Of a stretch of DNA of 64,000 nucleotides, positions 27,967 to 38,814 are shown one piece after another. Under the pieces are notes generated by a model, which was not told the DNA's origin, ran no database searches, and saw only the letters and a program-made list of their open reading frames with translations. A program made the position numbers and the translations under genes. Origin of the DNA: a bacterium (GTDB lineage: Bacteria > UBA10199 > 2-02-FULL-44-16 > JAAZCA01); NCBI GenBank assembly GCA_963674695.2, contig CAXXGI010000003.1:512001-576000 (forward strand), in the 5' to 3' direction. How positions within the stretch are numbered: the first letter of the stretch is position 1; each line of letters starts with the position of its first letter.

Positions 27967-29244
27967 CTATCCCCGCAACCCAAACTCTTCATGCAACACG
28001 CGGACGGCACGGTCGGCGTGTCGGCTGTCGATGACGATCGAGACCTTGATCTCACTGGTACCGATCATCTGCACGGCGATCCCCTCGCGCGCCAGCGCGG
28101 CAAACATACGGTGGGCAACGCCTGCGTGCGAGCGCATGCCGAGCCCCACGACCGAAATCTTGGCGATATCCCCCGCCGTCTCCACCTTCCCCGCTTCTAC
28201 CTGGCGCGCGGCCCCTTCGGCAAGCGTCATGGCGCGTTTCAAGTCCGCTTTAGGCACCGTGAAGGTGAGATCGGTGATGCCATCGGCCGAGACGTTCTGG
28301 ATGATGAGGTCCACGTCGATCCCCTCGCGTGCGATCGGCGCAAAGATCTGCGCGGTGACTCCCACACGATCGGGGACGCGTCGGATCGAGACCTTGGCCT
28401 CGTTGGTGTTGCAGGTGATGCCGGAGACGACGGTCCCCTCCAGACAGCTCTCCTCCGGCAGGACCGCGGTGCCCGGCTGATCGGAGAAGGAGGAACGCAC
28501 CACGAGCGGCACGCCGCACTTGGCGGCCAGTGCCACCGACCGACCGTGCAGGACCTTCGCGCCGGCGTCGGCCAGCTCCATCATCTCTTCGTAGCTGATG
28601 CGATCGATAATGCGCGCGTCGGGACAGAGGCGCGGGTCAGCGGAGAAGACGCCGTCGACATCGGTGTAGATCTCGCAGCGATCCGCCTCGATGGCTGCGG
28701 CCAGTGCGACCGCCGAGGTGTCCGAGCCGCCGCGACCGATCGTGGTGATCGCGCCCGTTTCGTTCACCCCCTGAAACCCGGCGACGATTGCCACCGCCCC
28801 TGCATCGAGGACGGTGCGAACATAACGGGGATCGATGGCGCGAATGCGCGCGCGGCCATGCGCCCCTTCGGTTTCGATGCCCGCCTGTGCCCCCGTCAGT
28901 GGTGTGCCGGTGATGCCGCGCTGGCTCAGCGCGAGGGAGAGCAGTGCGATGGAATGCTGTTCCCCGGTGGCCAGCAGCAGATCGACCGCGCAGGGGTCGG
29001 GCTCGGCACAGATGTCATGCGCCGTCTTGAGGAGCCGATCCGTCTGTCCCGCCATGGCCGAGAGCACCACCGCCACGCGCATGCCCTCGCGATGGGCGTC
29101 CGCCACACGATCGGCCACACGATTGATGCACTCGACGTCAGCAACCGATGTGCCACCGAATTTCATGACAAGCACCGAAGGTGCTTGTCGGTTCGATGGT
29201 TCGATGGTTCGACGGTTCGATGGTGAGTTTGGAGATGATGTCAT
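27967..29244 (-). CDS. lysC: Aspartate kinase
   Basis: VMKFGGTSV, GRGGSDTSAVALAAA, YTDVDGV, two ACT domains ending TSEIKVS. The N-terminal extension is made of octamer repeats. Confidence 0.95.
   Translation of the reverse strand: MTSSPNSPSNRRTIEPSNRQAPSVLVMKFGGTSVADVECINRVADRVADAHREGMRVAVVLSAMAGQTDRLLKTAHDICAEPDPCAVDLLLATGEQHSIALLSLALSQRGITGTPLTGAQAGIETEGAHGRARIRAIDPRYVRTVLDAGAVAIVAGFQGVNETGAITTIGRGGSDTSAVALAAAIEADRCEIYTDVDGVFSADPRLCPDARIIDRISYEEMMELADAGAKVLHGRSVALAAKCGVPLVVRSSFSDQPGTAVLPEESCLEGTVVSGITCNTNEAKVSIRRVPDRVGVTAQIFAPIAREGIDVDLIIQNVSADGITDLTFTVPKADLKRAMTLAEGAARQVEAGKVETAGDIAKISVVGLGMRSHAGVAHRMFAALAREGIAVQMIGTSEIKVSIVIDSRHADRAVRVLHEEFGLRG
29188..29224. repeat. Octamer tandem repeat, left arm
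   Basis: 37 bp identical to 20599-20635. Confidence 0.9.
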
Positions 29245-29438
29245 TATTTGATTCCTTGGCGAAACTTGGTCATACGTTTGCCGAGCGTGTGCATTTTTGT
29301 CTGAATATCCTGCAAATGGCTGATATCGACGTACTGTAATCGCGAAGAGAGCAGAAACTGTGTTTCTAGTTCGGCAAGCTCTCCCAGTGCTATCGAAATG
29401 CTCCTCTCCAATTCCTGAAATGAATGTGCAGTCGTCAT
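29244..29438 (-). pseudogene. Internally deleted four-helix-bundle (IVS protein / bAvd-like family) gene
   Basis: N-terminal HSFQEL is joined directly to the C-terminal ISIALGELAELETQFLLSSRLQYVD motif. The central W-Q-K...RRAAVSI...NIAEG part of the family is missing. Lower GC than neighbours. Confidence 0.65.
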
Positions 29439-29455
29439 ATGCGCCTTTTGGTTTT

Positions 29456-29473
29456 ACCATCGAACCATCGAAC
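29456..29473. repeat. Octamer tandem repeat, right (inverted) arm
   Basis: ACCATCGAACCATCGAAC abutting the lpdA stop codon. Confidence 0.8.
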
Positions 29474-30855
29474 TAACGTGGCCTTCCCAACTTGTGCACT
29501 GCCCGTCCTTCGGCGTCGGCGGCGGCTTCGGCAAGTACCTCGGGGAGCGTGGGGTGCGAGTGGATCGTCTCCTCGATGTCGCGCACGCGCATGCCCTTGG
29601 AAACGGCGAGCGCGGCTTCGGCGATCATGGTCGTGGCCTCACGGCCGATGAGATGCACGCCCAGAAGTTTCCCATCGGCGGCGATGTGGACGATCGCCTG
29701 TCCATCCGGGTCGCCGTCGCAGAGCGCCTTGCCGCTGGCGGCATACGGAAAACGGCCGGTGCGAAAATCGACGCCATCGGATTTGAGTTGTTCGGCGGTC
29801 TTGCCTACGCCAGCGATTTCCGGGTCGGTGAAGATGGGTGACGGGACGACGTTCGTCGTGCAGGCCTCTTCATGCCCGAAGAGCGTCTGCATCGCCGCGA
29901 TCCCCTGATGGCTGGCCGCATGCGCGAGCATCCATCCGCCGATGACATCGCCGATGGCAAGGATCTGCTCGTTCGATGTCTGAAACCGTTCGTTCACGGC
30001 GATGGCGCCGCGCTCGGTCACTTCCACCCCGGCCGCGCTGACGTTCAGCGCAGAGACATCCGGCCGACGCCCGACGGCGACGAGCACGTGACTGGCAGTG
30101 ATCGTCTCATCTCCCGAGAGCGTCACCGACACGCCTCCCTCGGAGGCGACGGCTGCGTCCACCGTGGTCTTCGTGCGGATGTCGATTCCGCGCCCCTTCA
30201 TCGCGCGCGCGAGCAGTCGTGAGATCGCGCCTTCCACCGGCGGCAGGATCGAATCCATCGCTTCGATGATCGTCACCTTCGCGCCGAAGGTCTGCATCAT
30301 GCAGGCGAACTCACAGCCGATCACGCCGCCGCCGACGATGACGAGGTGTTCTGGGATGAAGGTCCAATCGAGCGCTGCATCGCTCGTGACGATGCGTTCA
30401 TGGTCGATCGGAATGCCGGGCAGCTCAATCCACTTCGACCCCGTGGCGATGAGCACGTGCTTGGCCTCGATCGCGTTGCCATCGATGGCGAGCGCGCCGC
30501 CCTCCTGAAAGGCGGCCTGCCCGTGCAGGAGTTCCACGCCCCTTCCCTTGAGTAATTTCTCAATGCCGCCGCGCAGGTTTTCAACGATGGTCGTTTTGCG
30601 TGCCTGCACCGCACGCATGTCGATGGATGGCTCGCCCTCCGGCAGACGCACGCCTAATTCAGCGGCATGGAGTACGCCCTTGAGCGCATGTGCTGAGGCG
30701 ATGAATGATTTGGTCGGAATGCAACCGCGGTTCAAACAGACGCCACCGAGTTGATCCTTTTCGATCAAGGCGACTTTGGCACCGAGTGAGGCGGCACGAA
30801 GGGCGGCGACGTATCCGCCCGGCCCTGCCCCGATGATGGCGATATCGTAGGTCAT
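29473..30855 (-). CDS. lpdA: Dihydrolipoyl dehydrogenase
   Basis: GAGPGGY, GGVCLNRGCIP, GGGVIG, HSHPTLPE. Confidence 0.95.
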   Translation of the reverse strand: MTYDIAIIGAGPGGYVAALRAASLGAKVALIEKDQLGGVCLNRGCIPTKSFIASAHALKGVLHAAELGVRLPEGEPSIDMRAVQARKTTIVENLRGGIEKLLKGRGVELLHGQAAFQEGGALAIDGNAIEAKHVLIATGSKWIELPGIPIDHERIVTSDAALDWTFIPEHLVIVGGGVIGCEFACMMQTFGAKVTIIEAMDSILPPVEGAISRLLARAMKGRGIDIRTKTTVDAAVASEGGVSVTLSGDETITASHVLVAVGRRPDVSALNVSAAGVEVTERGAIAVNERFQTSNEQILAIGDVIGGWMLAHAASHQGIAAMQTLFGHEEACTTNVVPSPIFTDPEIAGVGKTAEQLKSDGVDFRTGRFPYAASGKALCDGDPDGQAIVHIAADGKLLGVHLIGREATTMIAEAALAVSKGMRVRDIEETIHSHPTLPEVLAEAAADAEGRAVHKLGRPR

Positions 30856-30871
30856 GTGAACTCCTTTGCTG

Positions 30872-30991
30872 TGTCATCCCCGCGAATCAAAGGCTGTCAT
30901 TCCCGCGAAAGCGGGAATCTCGCCTTATTGTATTACAATCGAGATCCCCGTTTTCACGGGGATGACAATCTAAACTCCTTCGGGAATGACA
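30872..30991. repeat. REP-like cluster
   Basis: Partial arm, a full inverted pair, and an extra GGGAATGACA. Confidence 0.88.
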
Positions 30992-30996
30992 GCTTT

Positions 30997-31410
30997 CTAA
31001 AAAACAATCGTTCTCGTGCATTCATCCTTCACGGTAAACGCGATCCACTGCGTGCGTTCGGGGAGTGCATCGGGAAAGCGGTCGGCCCATTCGATGACCG
31101 TGATTCCTTCGCCGTCGAGATACTCTTCGAGTCCGAGGTCGGCGAGCTCCGAGGCCTCGTCGAGTCGGTAGAAGTCGAAGTGAAAGAGCGGCAGGCGTCC
31201 CCCGCGATATTCGTTGATGATCGTGAACGACGGCGACCGCACATAGATGGTCGACGGAACGCCGAGTCCAGCCGCGAGCCCTTGCACGAAGCGCGTCTTG
31301 CCCGCGCCCAGTTCCCCGTTGAGGGCCAGCACTGCGCCGGGCGTGAGCTCTTGTGCAAAGCTGCGTGCCAACTCGAACGTTTCATCGGGTGATCTGGTCG
31401 TGTGGTTCAT
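30997..31410 (-). CDS. tsaE: tRNA t6A biosynthesis ATPase TsaE
   Basis: GELGAGKT, VRSPSFTIINEY, HFDFYRL, IEWAD. Confidence 0.95.
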   Translation of the reverse strand: MNHTTRSPDETFELARSFAQELTPGAVLALNGELGAGKTRFVQGLAAGLGVPSTIYVRSPSFTIINEYRGGRLPLFHFDFYRLDEASELADLGLEEYLDGEGITVIEWADRFPDALPERTQWIAFTVKDECTRTIVF

Positions 31411-31440
31411 CGTATCCTTAAAAATATCATTCCCGAAAGG

Positions 31441-31512
31441 TGTCATTCCCGCGAAAGCGGGAATCTCGCTTTATTATTTATAATTGAGATCCCCGTTTTC
31501 ACGGGGATGACA
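31441..31512. repeat. REP-like inverted pair overlapping the nnr stop codon
   Basis: TGTCATTCCCGCGAAAGCGGGAATCTC / GAGATCCCCGTTTTCACGGGGATGACA. Confidence 0.9.
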
Positions 31513-33031
31513 ACCCAAACACCTCCGGCAGTGCTTCGATGACGTCCGATGCGATGAGCGTGCGCTGGCTCGTGTGATCGGCGGCGATGTCACCGGCGAG
31601 TCCATGGCACCAGACCCCGGCCATCGCGGCGGTCATGGCATCGACCCCTTGCGCCAAGAAGGCGGCGATGATGCCGGTGAGGGCATCGCCCATTCCGGCG
31701 GTCGCCATGCCGGGATTGCCCGTCGGATTGATCGCGGCCATTCCGTCGGGTGCAGCAACGATCGTGCCGTGCCCTTTCAGAACGACGATCGCCCCGGTTT
31801 CGGCGGAAAGTGTTTTTGCCATGACCAGTCGATTGTCCTGAACATCGCTCGTGCTGGTGTGCATGAGCCGCGCCATCTCGCCCGGGTGCGGTGTGAGAAT
31901 CGTTGCGGCGCGACGCCCTTCGAGCGAGCGACGATCGAGGAGGTTGAGTCCGTCCGCATCGATGACCAGCGGTCGATCGCATCCCTTCACGAATACATTG
32001 AGAAACGATGCTGTCTCGGGATCCGTACCGATCGCGGGGCCGATGGCGGCGACCGTCTTGGCATCGACGAGCGCGAGCGCCTTTTCGAGACCATCGGGAT
32101 GAAAGTGCGCGCTCCCCCCATCCGGGATGAGGTCGCACATCAGCTCCGGCGCGTTTGCATCGAATTGCACAAAGGCCGATTCGGGGAGCGCATAGTGCAC
32201 GAGCCCCGCACCGGTGCGAAGCGCCGCGCGTCCTGCCAAGATTCCCGCGCCGAGATGACCGCGCGAACCGGCAAAGAGGGCGACCGTTCCGAAGGTCCCC
32301 TTGTGGCTCTGCGCCTCACGCGGGGCGAAGGCTTCGGCGAACATCGCGGGTTCGATCAGAAAGAGATCGGTCGCGGCGTGTTCGACCGCTTGCGAGGGAA
32401 GACCAATATCGATCGTCTCGACAATCCCCGAGAGCGAGAGGCCCTCGCGCAGGAACAGCCCGCGTTTGGGGCAGCCAAAGGTTACGGTGAGATCCGCGTT
32501 GATCGCATGCCCCAGGATGTCGCCGGTGTCGGCTGAGAGTCCCGAAGGGATATCGATCGCCACGATGGGGGCGCCGGCCGCGTTCATCGCGTCGATGGCG
32601 GCTTTTGCGATGCCATCTACATCGCGTTCGAGCCCGGTCCCCAGAATGCCGTCGACGATGCAGGCGGCATCGGCCAGCATCGGGCGGTGCGCGACGAGCG
32701 CGTTCTCATCCGGGATGACGATCGGTGTGACGTGAAGACGTTCGGCGTTTGCGCGTGCATCGGGCGATAGCGCATCGATGTCGTTCAACACGAGGATTGT
32801 GACGCGATATCCGGCATCGATGAGGAGTCGGGCGGCCACGAATCCATCGCCGCCGTTGTTGCCTTTTCCCGTGACGATGACGATCGCTCCGTCGTCGGGA
32901 GAAAATCGCATGCGGACGGCATCGGCTACACCCTCTCCCGCGCGTTCCATAAGATCGAGCGATGCGATGCCATATTCGGTGATGGCGGCGCGATCGATTT
33001 CACGCATCTGTTGAGCGGTGAGGAGCTTCAT
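31499..33031 (-). CDS. nnr: Bifunctional NAD(P)HX epimerase/dehydratase
   Basis: LMERAG, GKGNNGGDG, DIPSG, TPHPGEMARL, GNPGMATAGMGD. Start MKLLTAQQMR. Confidence 0.93.
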   Translation of the reverse strand: MKLLTAQQMREIDRAAITEYGIASLDLMERAGEGVADAVRMRFSPDDGAIVIVTGKGNNGGDGFVAARLLIDAGYRVTILVLNDIDALSPDARANAERLHVTPIVIPDENALVAHRPMLADAACIVDGILGTGLERDVDGIAKAAIDAMNAAGAPIVAIDIPSGLSADTGDILGHAINADLTVTFGCPKRGLFLREGLSLSGIVETIDIGLPSQAVEHAATDLFLIEPAMFAEAFAPREAQSHKGTFGTVALFAGSRGHLGAGILAGRAALRTGAGLVHYALPESAFVQFDANAPELMCDLIPDGGSAHFHPDGLEKALALVDAKTVAAIGPAIGTDPETASFLNVFVKGCDRPLVIDADGLNLLDRRSLEGRRAATILTPHPGEMARLMHTSTSDVQDNRLVMAKTLSAETGAIVVLKGHGTIVAAPDGMAAINPTGNPGMATAGMGDALTGIIAAFLAQGVDAMTAAMAGVWCHGLAGDIAADHTSQRTLIASDVIEALPEVFGLSSP

Positions 33032-33113
33032 CGGTTCGATGGTCCGATGGTCCGATGGTCCGTCGGTTTGGTGTTGAACCATCGAACCGACGAACTGACG
33101 AACCATCGAACGG
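33031..33113. repeat. Inverted pair of octamer arrays filling the acpS-nnr spacer
   Basis: GGTTCGAT GGTCCGAT GGTCCGAT GGTCCGTC GGTT - short spacer - AACCATCG AACCGACG AACTGACG AACCATCG AAC. Confidence 0.85.
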
Positions 33114-33115
33114 GT

Positions 33116-33490
33116 TCATCCTTCAAGCACTACATTCGCGATGCCGTAGTCGCCGTCATGGGAGATCATCAGGTGGACGTTCGATATGTCCTGCGCATCA
33201 GCCAATTCCTTGACGCGGCCGGTGAGTGTGACGAAGGGACGCGAATCCTTCTGGCCAATTTCGATATCCTTGAGCGAAATCCCCTCGACGCTGCGCGGAA
33301 AGAGCGCTTTGATGAAGGCTTCCTTCGCCGCGAATCGGGTGGCGAAACGCTGGGCAGGATTCTTCTTCGTGTTGCAATAGTGAATTTCGGTGTCGGTGAA
33401 GACGCGTTTGATGAAGTGCGTCTTCCACCGATAGATGATCGATTCGAACCGACGTACATCCACGAGATCTACTCCAATGCCGATGATCAT
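33116..33490 (-). CDS. acpS: Holo-ACP synthase
   Basis: MIIGIGVDLV, RFAAKEAFIKA, ISHD. Confidence 0.95.
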   Translation of the reverse strand: MIIGIGVDLVDVRRFESIIYRWKTHFIKRVFTDTEIHYCNTKKNPAQRFATRFAAKEAFIKALFPRSVEGISLKDIEIGQKDSRPFVTLTGRVKELADAQDISNVHLMISHDGDYGIANVVLEG

Positions 33491-33501
33491 GTGTAACCCC
33501 T

Positions 33502-33634
33502 GTTCGATGGTTCGATGGTTCGTCGGTTCGTCTCTGTTGTCATTCCCGCGGAGGCGGGAATCTCGATTGTGCAAGTACGTCGAGATTCCCGCCTCCGCGG
33601 GAATGACAACAAAAGTCCGTCGAACTATCGAACC
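33502..33634. repeat. Octamer inverted arrays enclosing a REP-like pair
   Basis: GTTCGATGGTTCGATGGTTCGTCGGTTCG (33502-33530), REP pair (33538-33608), CGTCGAACTATCGAACC (33618-33634). Confidence 0.8.
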
Positions 33635-34344
33635 AAAAGTCGTTTCATCTCCCCCACCGCCTGCTCCATGCCGACGATGACGGCGCGGGCGATGATGGCG
33701 TGCCCGATGTTGTATTCCACCACTTCCGGCAGCGCCTCGATGACGGTTGCCGTATTGTCGAGATTGAGTCCATGTCCGGCGCAGATCTCGAGGGTGCCCT
33801 TGGCCGCGTGCTGCGTGGCGATGCGAAGGCGTTCGAGTTCGGCGGCGGCCGCGCGCGCGTCGGGGGCATCGCAGTAGGCGCCGGTGTGCAACTCGATCGC
33901 ATCGGCGCCGGCCTCGACCGATGCATCCACCTGCGCGCATTCCGGGTCGATGAAGAGGCTCACGCGAATGCCGGCCTCTTTGAGGCGCCCCACCGCATCG
34001 CCGATCGCCTTCTGGTTTCCGGCGACATCGAGGCCCCCCTCGGTGGTGAGTTCTTCGCGGCGTTCCGGAACGAGCGTGGCTGAGGCGGGCTTCACCCGGC
34101 AGGCGATGGCGATGATCTCCTCAGCTGCGGCCATCTCGAGATTGAGCGGGACATCGATCGTATCGATCAATCGCGTGATATCCGCATCCTGGATGTGCCG
34201 GCGATCCTCGCGCAGGTGGACGGTGATCTGATCGGCCCCGGCGCGGATCGCATCGAGGGCGGCCGCGACGGGATCGGGATAGGTCGTGCCGCGTGCTTGG
34301 CGAAGGGTTGCCACATGGTCGACGTTCACACCGAGACGAATCAT
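33625..34344 (-). CDS. pdxJ: Pyridoxine 5'-phosphate synthase
   Basis: LGVNVDHVATLRQAR, ITVHLREDRRHI, ELTTEGGLD, NIGHAII. Confidence 0.97.
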   Translation of the reverse strand: MIRLGVNVDHVATLRQARGTTYPDPVAAALDAIRAGADQITVHLREDRRHIQDADITRLIDTIDVPLNLEMAAAEEIIAIACRVKPASATLVPERREELTTEGGLDVAGNQKAIGDAVGRLKEAGIRVSLFIDPECAQVDASVEAGADAIELHTGAYCDAPDARAAAAELERLRIATQHAAKGTLEICAGHGLNLDNTATVIEALPEVVEYNIGHAIIARAVIVGMEQAVGEMKRLLVR

Positions 34345-34361
34345 CGCTTTTCCTCGAATGG

Positions 34362-34432
34362 TGTCATTCCCGCGAAAGCGGGAATCCCGATTGTGACGAA
34401 ACATCGAGATCCCCGTTTTCACGGGGATGACA
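34362..34432. repeat. REP-like inverted pair
   Basis: Same arms as the other copies. Confidence 0.9.
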
Positions 34433-34438
34433 ACAGCC

Positions 34439-35797
<1,359 letters not shown>

Positions 35798-35852
35798 TGG
35801 GTCTTCCCCCCGCTTGAAAGATGGCGTTGCTTATAGGAAAACGATAGAAATA

Positions 35853-36686
35853 TCAAGGCTGAAGGGGGCTTTTCAGGCATTCGAACATGTCGAGAAAACG
35901 ACGCGCTGCTCCGGCGTCGTGGACCCGAAAGATCTGGGCTCCACCCTGTCGGGCGACGCCGATGGAGGCGAGCGTTGCTTCAAGTCGATTCTCGACATCA
36001 AGGCCTAACAGTTTACCGATAAAGGATTTTCTCGACGGGCCAATCAGGATCGGATATCCACGATCGGCGATCGATTGCAGTTGGCGCAGGAGCATCACGT
36101 TGTCCTGCACGCCCTTGCCGAACCCGATGCCGGGGTCGATGAGGATTCGGGCGCGATCGACCCCCTCATCCTGGGCGCATCCTGCCCGCTCCTCCAAAAA
36201 GGCGCCGACCTCCTCGAGCAGATCGTCGTAGTGGGGGTCGAGCTGCATCGTTGCCGGAGTGCCCTGCATGTGCATCAGGCAGATGGGGCAGCCGCGTTCT
36301 GCCGCCAGCGCGAACATATCGGGATCGTCGCGGCCCGCGGAGATGTCGTTGATCATGTTCGCACCCGCATCGAGGGCAGCACAGGCCACTTCCGCACTCG
36401 TCGTATCGATGGAGATGGGAATGGAATCGACTTCACGAATGCCGACGATGACCGGGGCGATGCGTTGAATCTGCATCTGCGGCGGAACATGGTCTGCACC
36501 CGGTCGCGTCGATTCGCCGCCGATATCGATGAGGTCGGCCCCTTCTTGGGCAAGCCGGAGCGCACCCTCGATCGCCGCTTGGGGCCCGAAATGGAGCCCG
36601 CCGTCGGAAAAGGAGTCGGGCGTGGCGTTGATGATGCCCATCACCGCCGGACGTTTCGATGTAAGGGTATAGGTACCGATGTTCAT
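35853..36686 (-). CDS. folP: Dihydropteroate synthase
   Basis: MGIINATPDSFSDGG, DIGGESTRPG, IDPGIGFGK, SRKSF. Start could instead be 36740. Confidence 0.95.
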   Translation of the reverse strand: MNIGTYTLTSKRPAVMGIINATPDSFSDGGLHFGPQAAIEGALRLAQEGADLIDIGGESTRPGADHVPPQMQIQRIAPVIVGIREVDSIPISIDTTSAEVACAALDAGANMINDISAGRDDPDMFALAAERGCPICLMHMQGTPATMQLDPHYDDLLEEVGAFLEERAGCAQDEGVDRARILIDPGIGFGKGVQDNVMLLRQLQSIADRGYPILIGPSRKSFIGKLLGLDVENRLEATLASIGVARQGGAQIFRVHDAGAARRFLDMFECLKSPLQP

Positions 36687-36779
36687 AAGCTGACCGATTA
36701 ATGAAAGGCTTTCGTCCGAGATCGCGAAGGGATCGATCATCCATCGTCCAAACGAACAACGTGAGTGATCGTCCCTCGT

Positions 36780-38732
36780 TTATGCGGTTGTTTCCGGTGA
36801 CAACTTCGGCGATGGCGTCTCTTCCGGTTTGGCATCCTCCGTCTCGGATGCGGTCGAAGCCGCTGCCGTGACTACCTCATCGACTTTCACCGGCTCGATC
36901 GTCTCCCCCTTCATGATGCGGTCGATCTGATCGCCGGAGAGCGATTCGTGTTCGAGCAGCGCCTCCGCCAAACGGATGAGTTGCTCCCGATGTTCGAGCA
37001 GGATCGCCTTGGCGCGCTCATAGTTTTCCGTGATGATGCGCTTGACCTCTTCATCGATTTGACGTGCGGTCTGCTCGCTGTAGTTGGAATGCTGCGCGAT
37101 CTCGCGCCCGAGGAAGATCTGCTCCTCCTTCTTTCCGAAAGAGAGCGGGCCGAGCTTCTCGCTCATCCCCCACTCACAGGCCATCTTGCGTGCCAGATCC
37201 GTGGCCCGTTCGATATCGTTTCCCGCGCCGGTGGTCGGCTGATTGAAGATCAGCTCCTCAGCGGCGCGTCCGCCCAACAGGATGGAGAGGCTGTTTTCGC
37301 AGAACTCGCGGTTCTGCGTGTAGCGATCGTCGGTGGGGAGTTGCTGGGTGAGCCCCAAGGCGGCACCGCGCGGAATGATCGTGACCTTGTGGATCGGGTC
37401 GGTGCCGGGGATGAGCTTGGCCACCAGCGTATGCCCCGCCTCATGGTAGGCGGTGTTCCGTTTCTCATCGTCGCTGATGATCATGCTCTTGCGCTCTGCG
37501 CCCATGAGCACCTTGTCCTTGGCCACCTCGAAATCGCTCATGTCGATCAACTTCTTCCCGCATCGAGCGGCGATGAGCGCCGCCTCGTTGACGACGTTCT
37601 CCAGATCGGCGCCGGAAAAACCGGGGGTGCCGCGGGCGATCGTGCCGAGTTTCACATCTTCGGCCAGCGGCTTGCCCTTGCAGTGCACGTCGAGGATCGC
37701 CTCGCGCCCGCCCACATCCGGCCGTGGCACGACGACGCGCCGGTCGAAGCGCCCGGGGCGCAACAGCGCCGGATCGAGCACATCCGGGCGGTTGGTCGCG
37801 GCCATGATGATGACGCCCTCGTTCGATTCAAACCCATCCATCTCGACGAGCAATTGGTTCAACGTCTGTTCGCGCTCGTCGTGTCCGCCGCCGAGGCCTG
37901 CGCCACGATGGCGGCCGACCGCGTCGATCTCATCGATGAAGACGATGCACGGGGCGTTCTTCTTGCCCTGTTCGAACATGTCGCGCACGCGCGAAGCCCC
38001 GACGCCGACGAACATCTCGACGAACTCGGAACCCGAGATCGAGAAGAACGGCACGCTCGCCTCGCCTGCAACGGCACGCGCCAGCAGCGTCTTGCCCGAC
38101 CCCGGCGGTCCCATGAGCAGCACGCCTTTCGGAATGCGACCGCCGAGCGCGGTGAAGGTTTTGGGCTCACGAAGGAAGGCGATGATCTCGCGCAGCTCCT
38201 CCTTGGCCTCCTCCACGCCCGCGACATCGGCGAAGGTGATCTTCTTCAGGTTGTCCGCCATAAGCTTGGCCTTGCTGCGCCCGAAGCTCATGGCCTTGCC
38301 GCCGCCTGCTTGGATTTGGCGCATGGAAAAGAAGAAAAATCCGAAGAGCAGCAGCATGGGGAGCCAGGAGATGAGCATGGTCTGCCAGAACGGCGTCTCC
38401 CGCTTCTTCACGAACTCGACCTTCGTCTTACTCTTGGAGAGCAGATCCAGCGCGCGTTCGCTATCGATGGGGCCGATGGTTTCAAAATGAGCGCCGTTGC
38501 TATGGCTGGCGTTGAACTGGCCGCGGTATTCATCCTCCTGGATGGTGACCTCTTCCACCTGGCCCGCCTCGACGGCGGTGAGAAACTCGGAGAAGCTGAT
38601 CTTCTCGGCCGAGCTGATGGGTTGGTTCATGATGTGCAAGACGCCCAAGACCATGAGGACGATGATCAGCCAGAGCGCGATCGTCTTGTGCGTCTGCTTG
38701 ATGCCGCTTGGGGGCTGTTTCTTGATGGGCAT
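36780..38732 (-). CDS. ftsH: ATP-dependent zinc metalloprotease FtsH
   Basis: Two TM helices, [23 protein letters not shown]. Confidence 0.98.
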   Translation of the reverse strand: MPIKKQPPSGIKQTHKTIALWLIIVLMVLGVLHIMNQPISSAEKISFSEFLTAVEAGQVEEVTIQEDEYRGQFNASHSNGAHFETIGPIDSERALDLLSKSKTKVEFVKKRETPFWQTMLISWLPMLLLFGFFFFSMRQIQAGGGKAMSFGRSKAKLMADNLKKITFADVAGVEEAKEELREIIAFLREPKTFTALGGRIPKGVLLMGPPGSGKTLLARAVAGEASVPFFSISGSEFVEMFVGVGASRVRDMFEQGKKNAPCIVFIDEIDAVGRHRGAGLGGGHDEREQTLNQLLVEMDGFESNEGVIIMAATNRPDVLDPALLRPGRFDRRVVVPRPDVGGREAILDVHCKGKPLAEDVKLGTIARGTPGFSGADLENVVNEAALIAARCGKKLIDMSDFEVAKDKVLMGAERKSMIISDDEKRNTAYHEAGHTLVAKLIPGTDPIHKVTIIPRGAALGLTQQLPTDDRYTQNREFCENSLSILLGGRAAEELIFNQPTTGAGNDIERATDLARKMACEWGMSEKLGPLSFGKKEEQIFLGREIAQHSNYSEQTARQIDEEVKRIITENYERAKAILLEHREQLIRLAEALLEHESLSGDQIDRIMKGETIEPVKVDEVVTAAASTASETEDAKPEETPSPKLSPETTA

Positions 38733-38814
38733 GGTTCCTCCGTCAAAACCTTCGAAAACAACGTCGTTTCAGCTTGCTAGTGGGAAATATCGACAGATGC
38801 AACCAAATTGCGAA

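Noticed and set aside
29244-29438. Possible diversity-generating retroelement (Avd-like fold)
   Set aside because: No reverse transcriptase and no template/variable repeat pair differing at adenines was seen in the window.
36948-38780. 610-aa plus-strand ORF
   Set aside because: Antisense shadow of ftsH.
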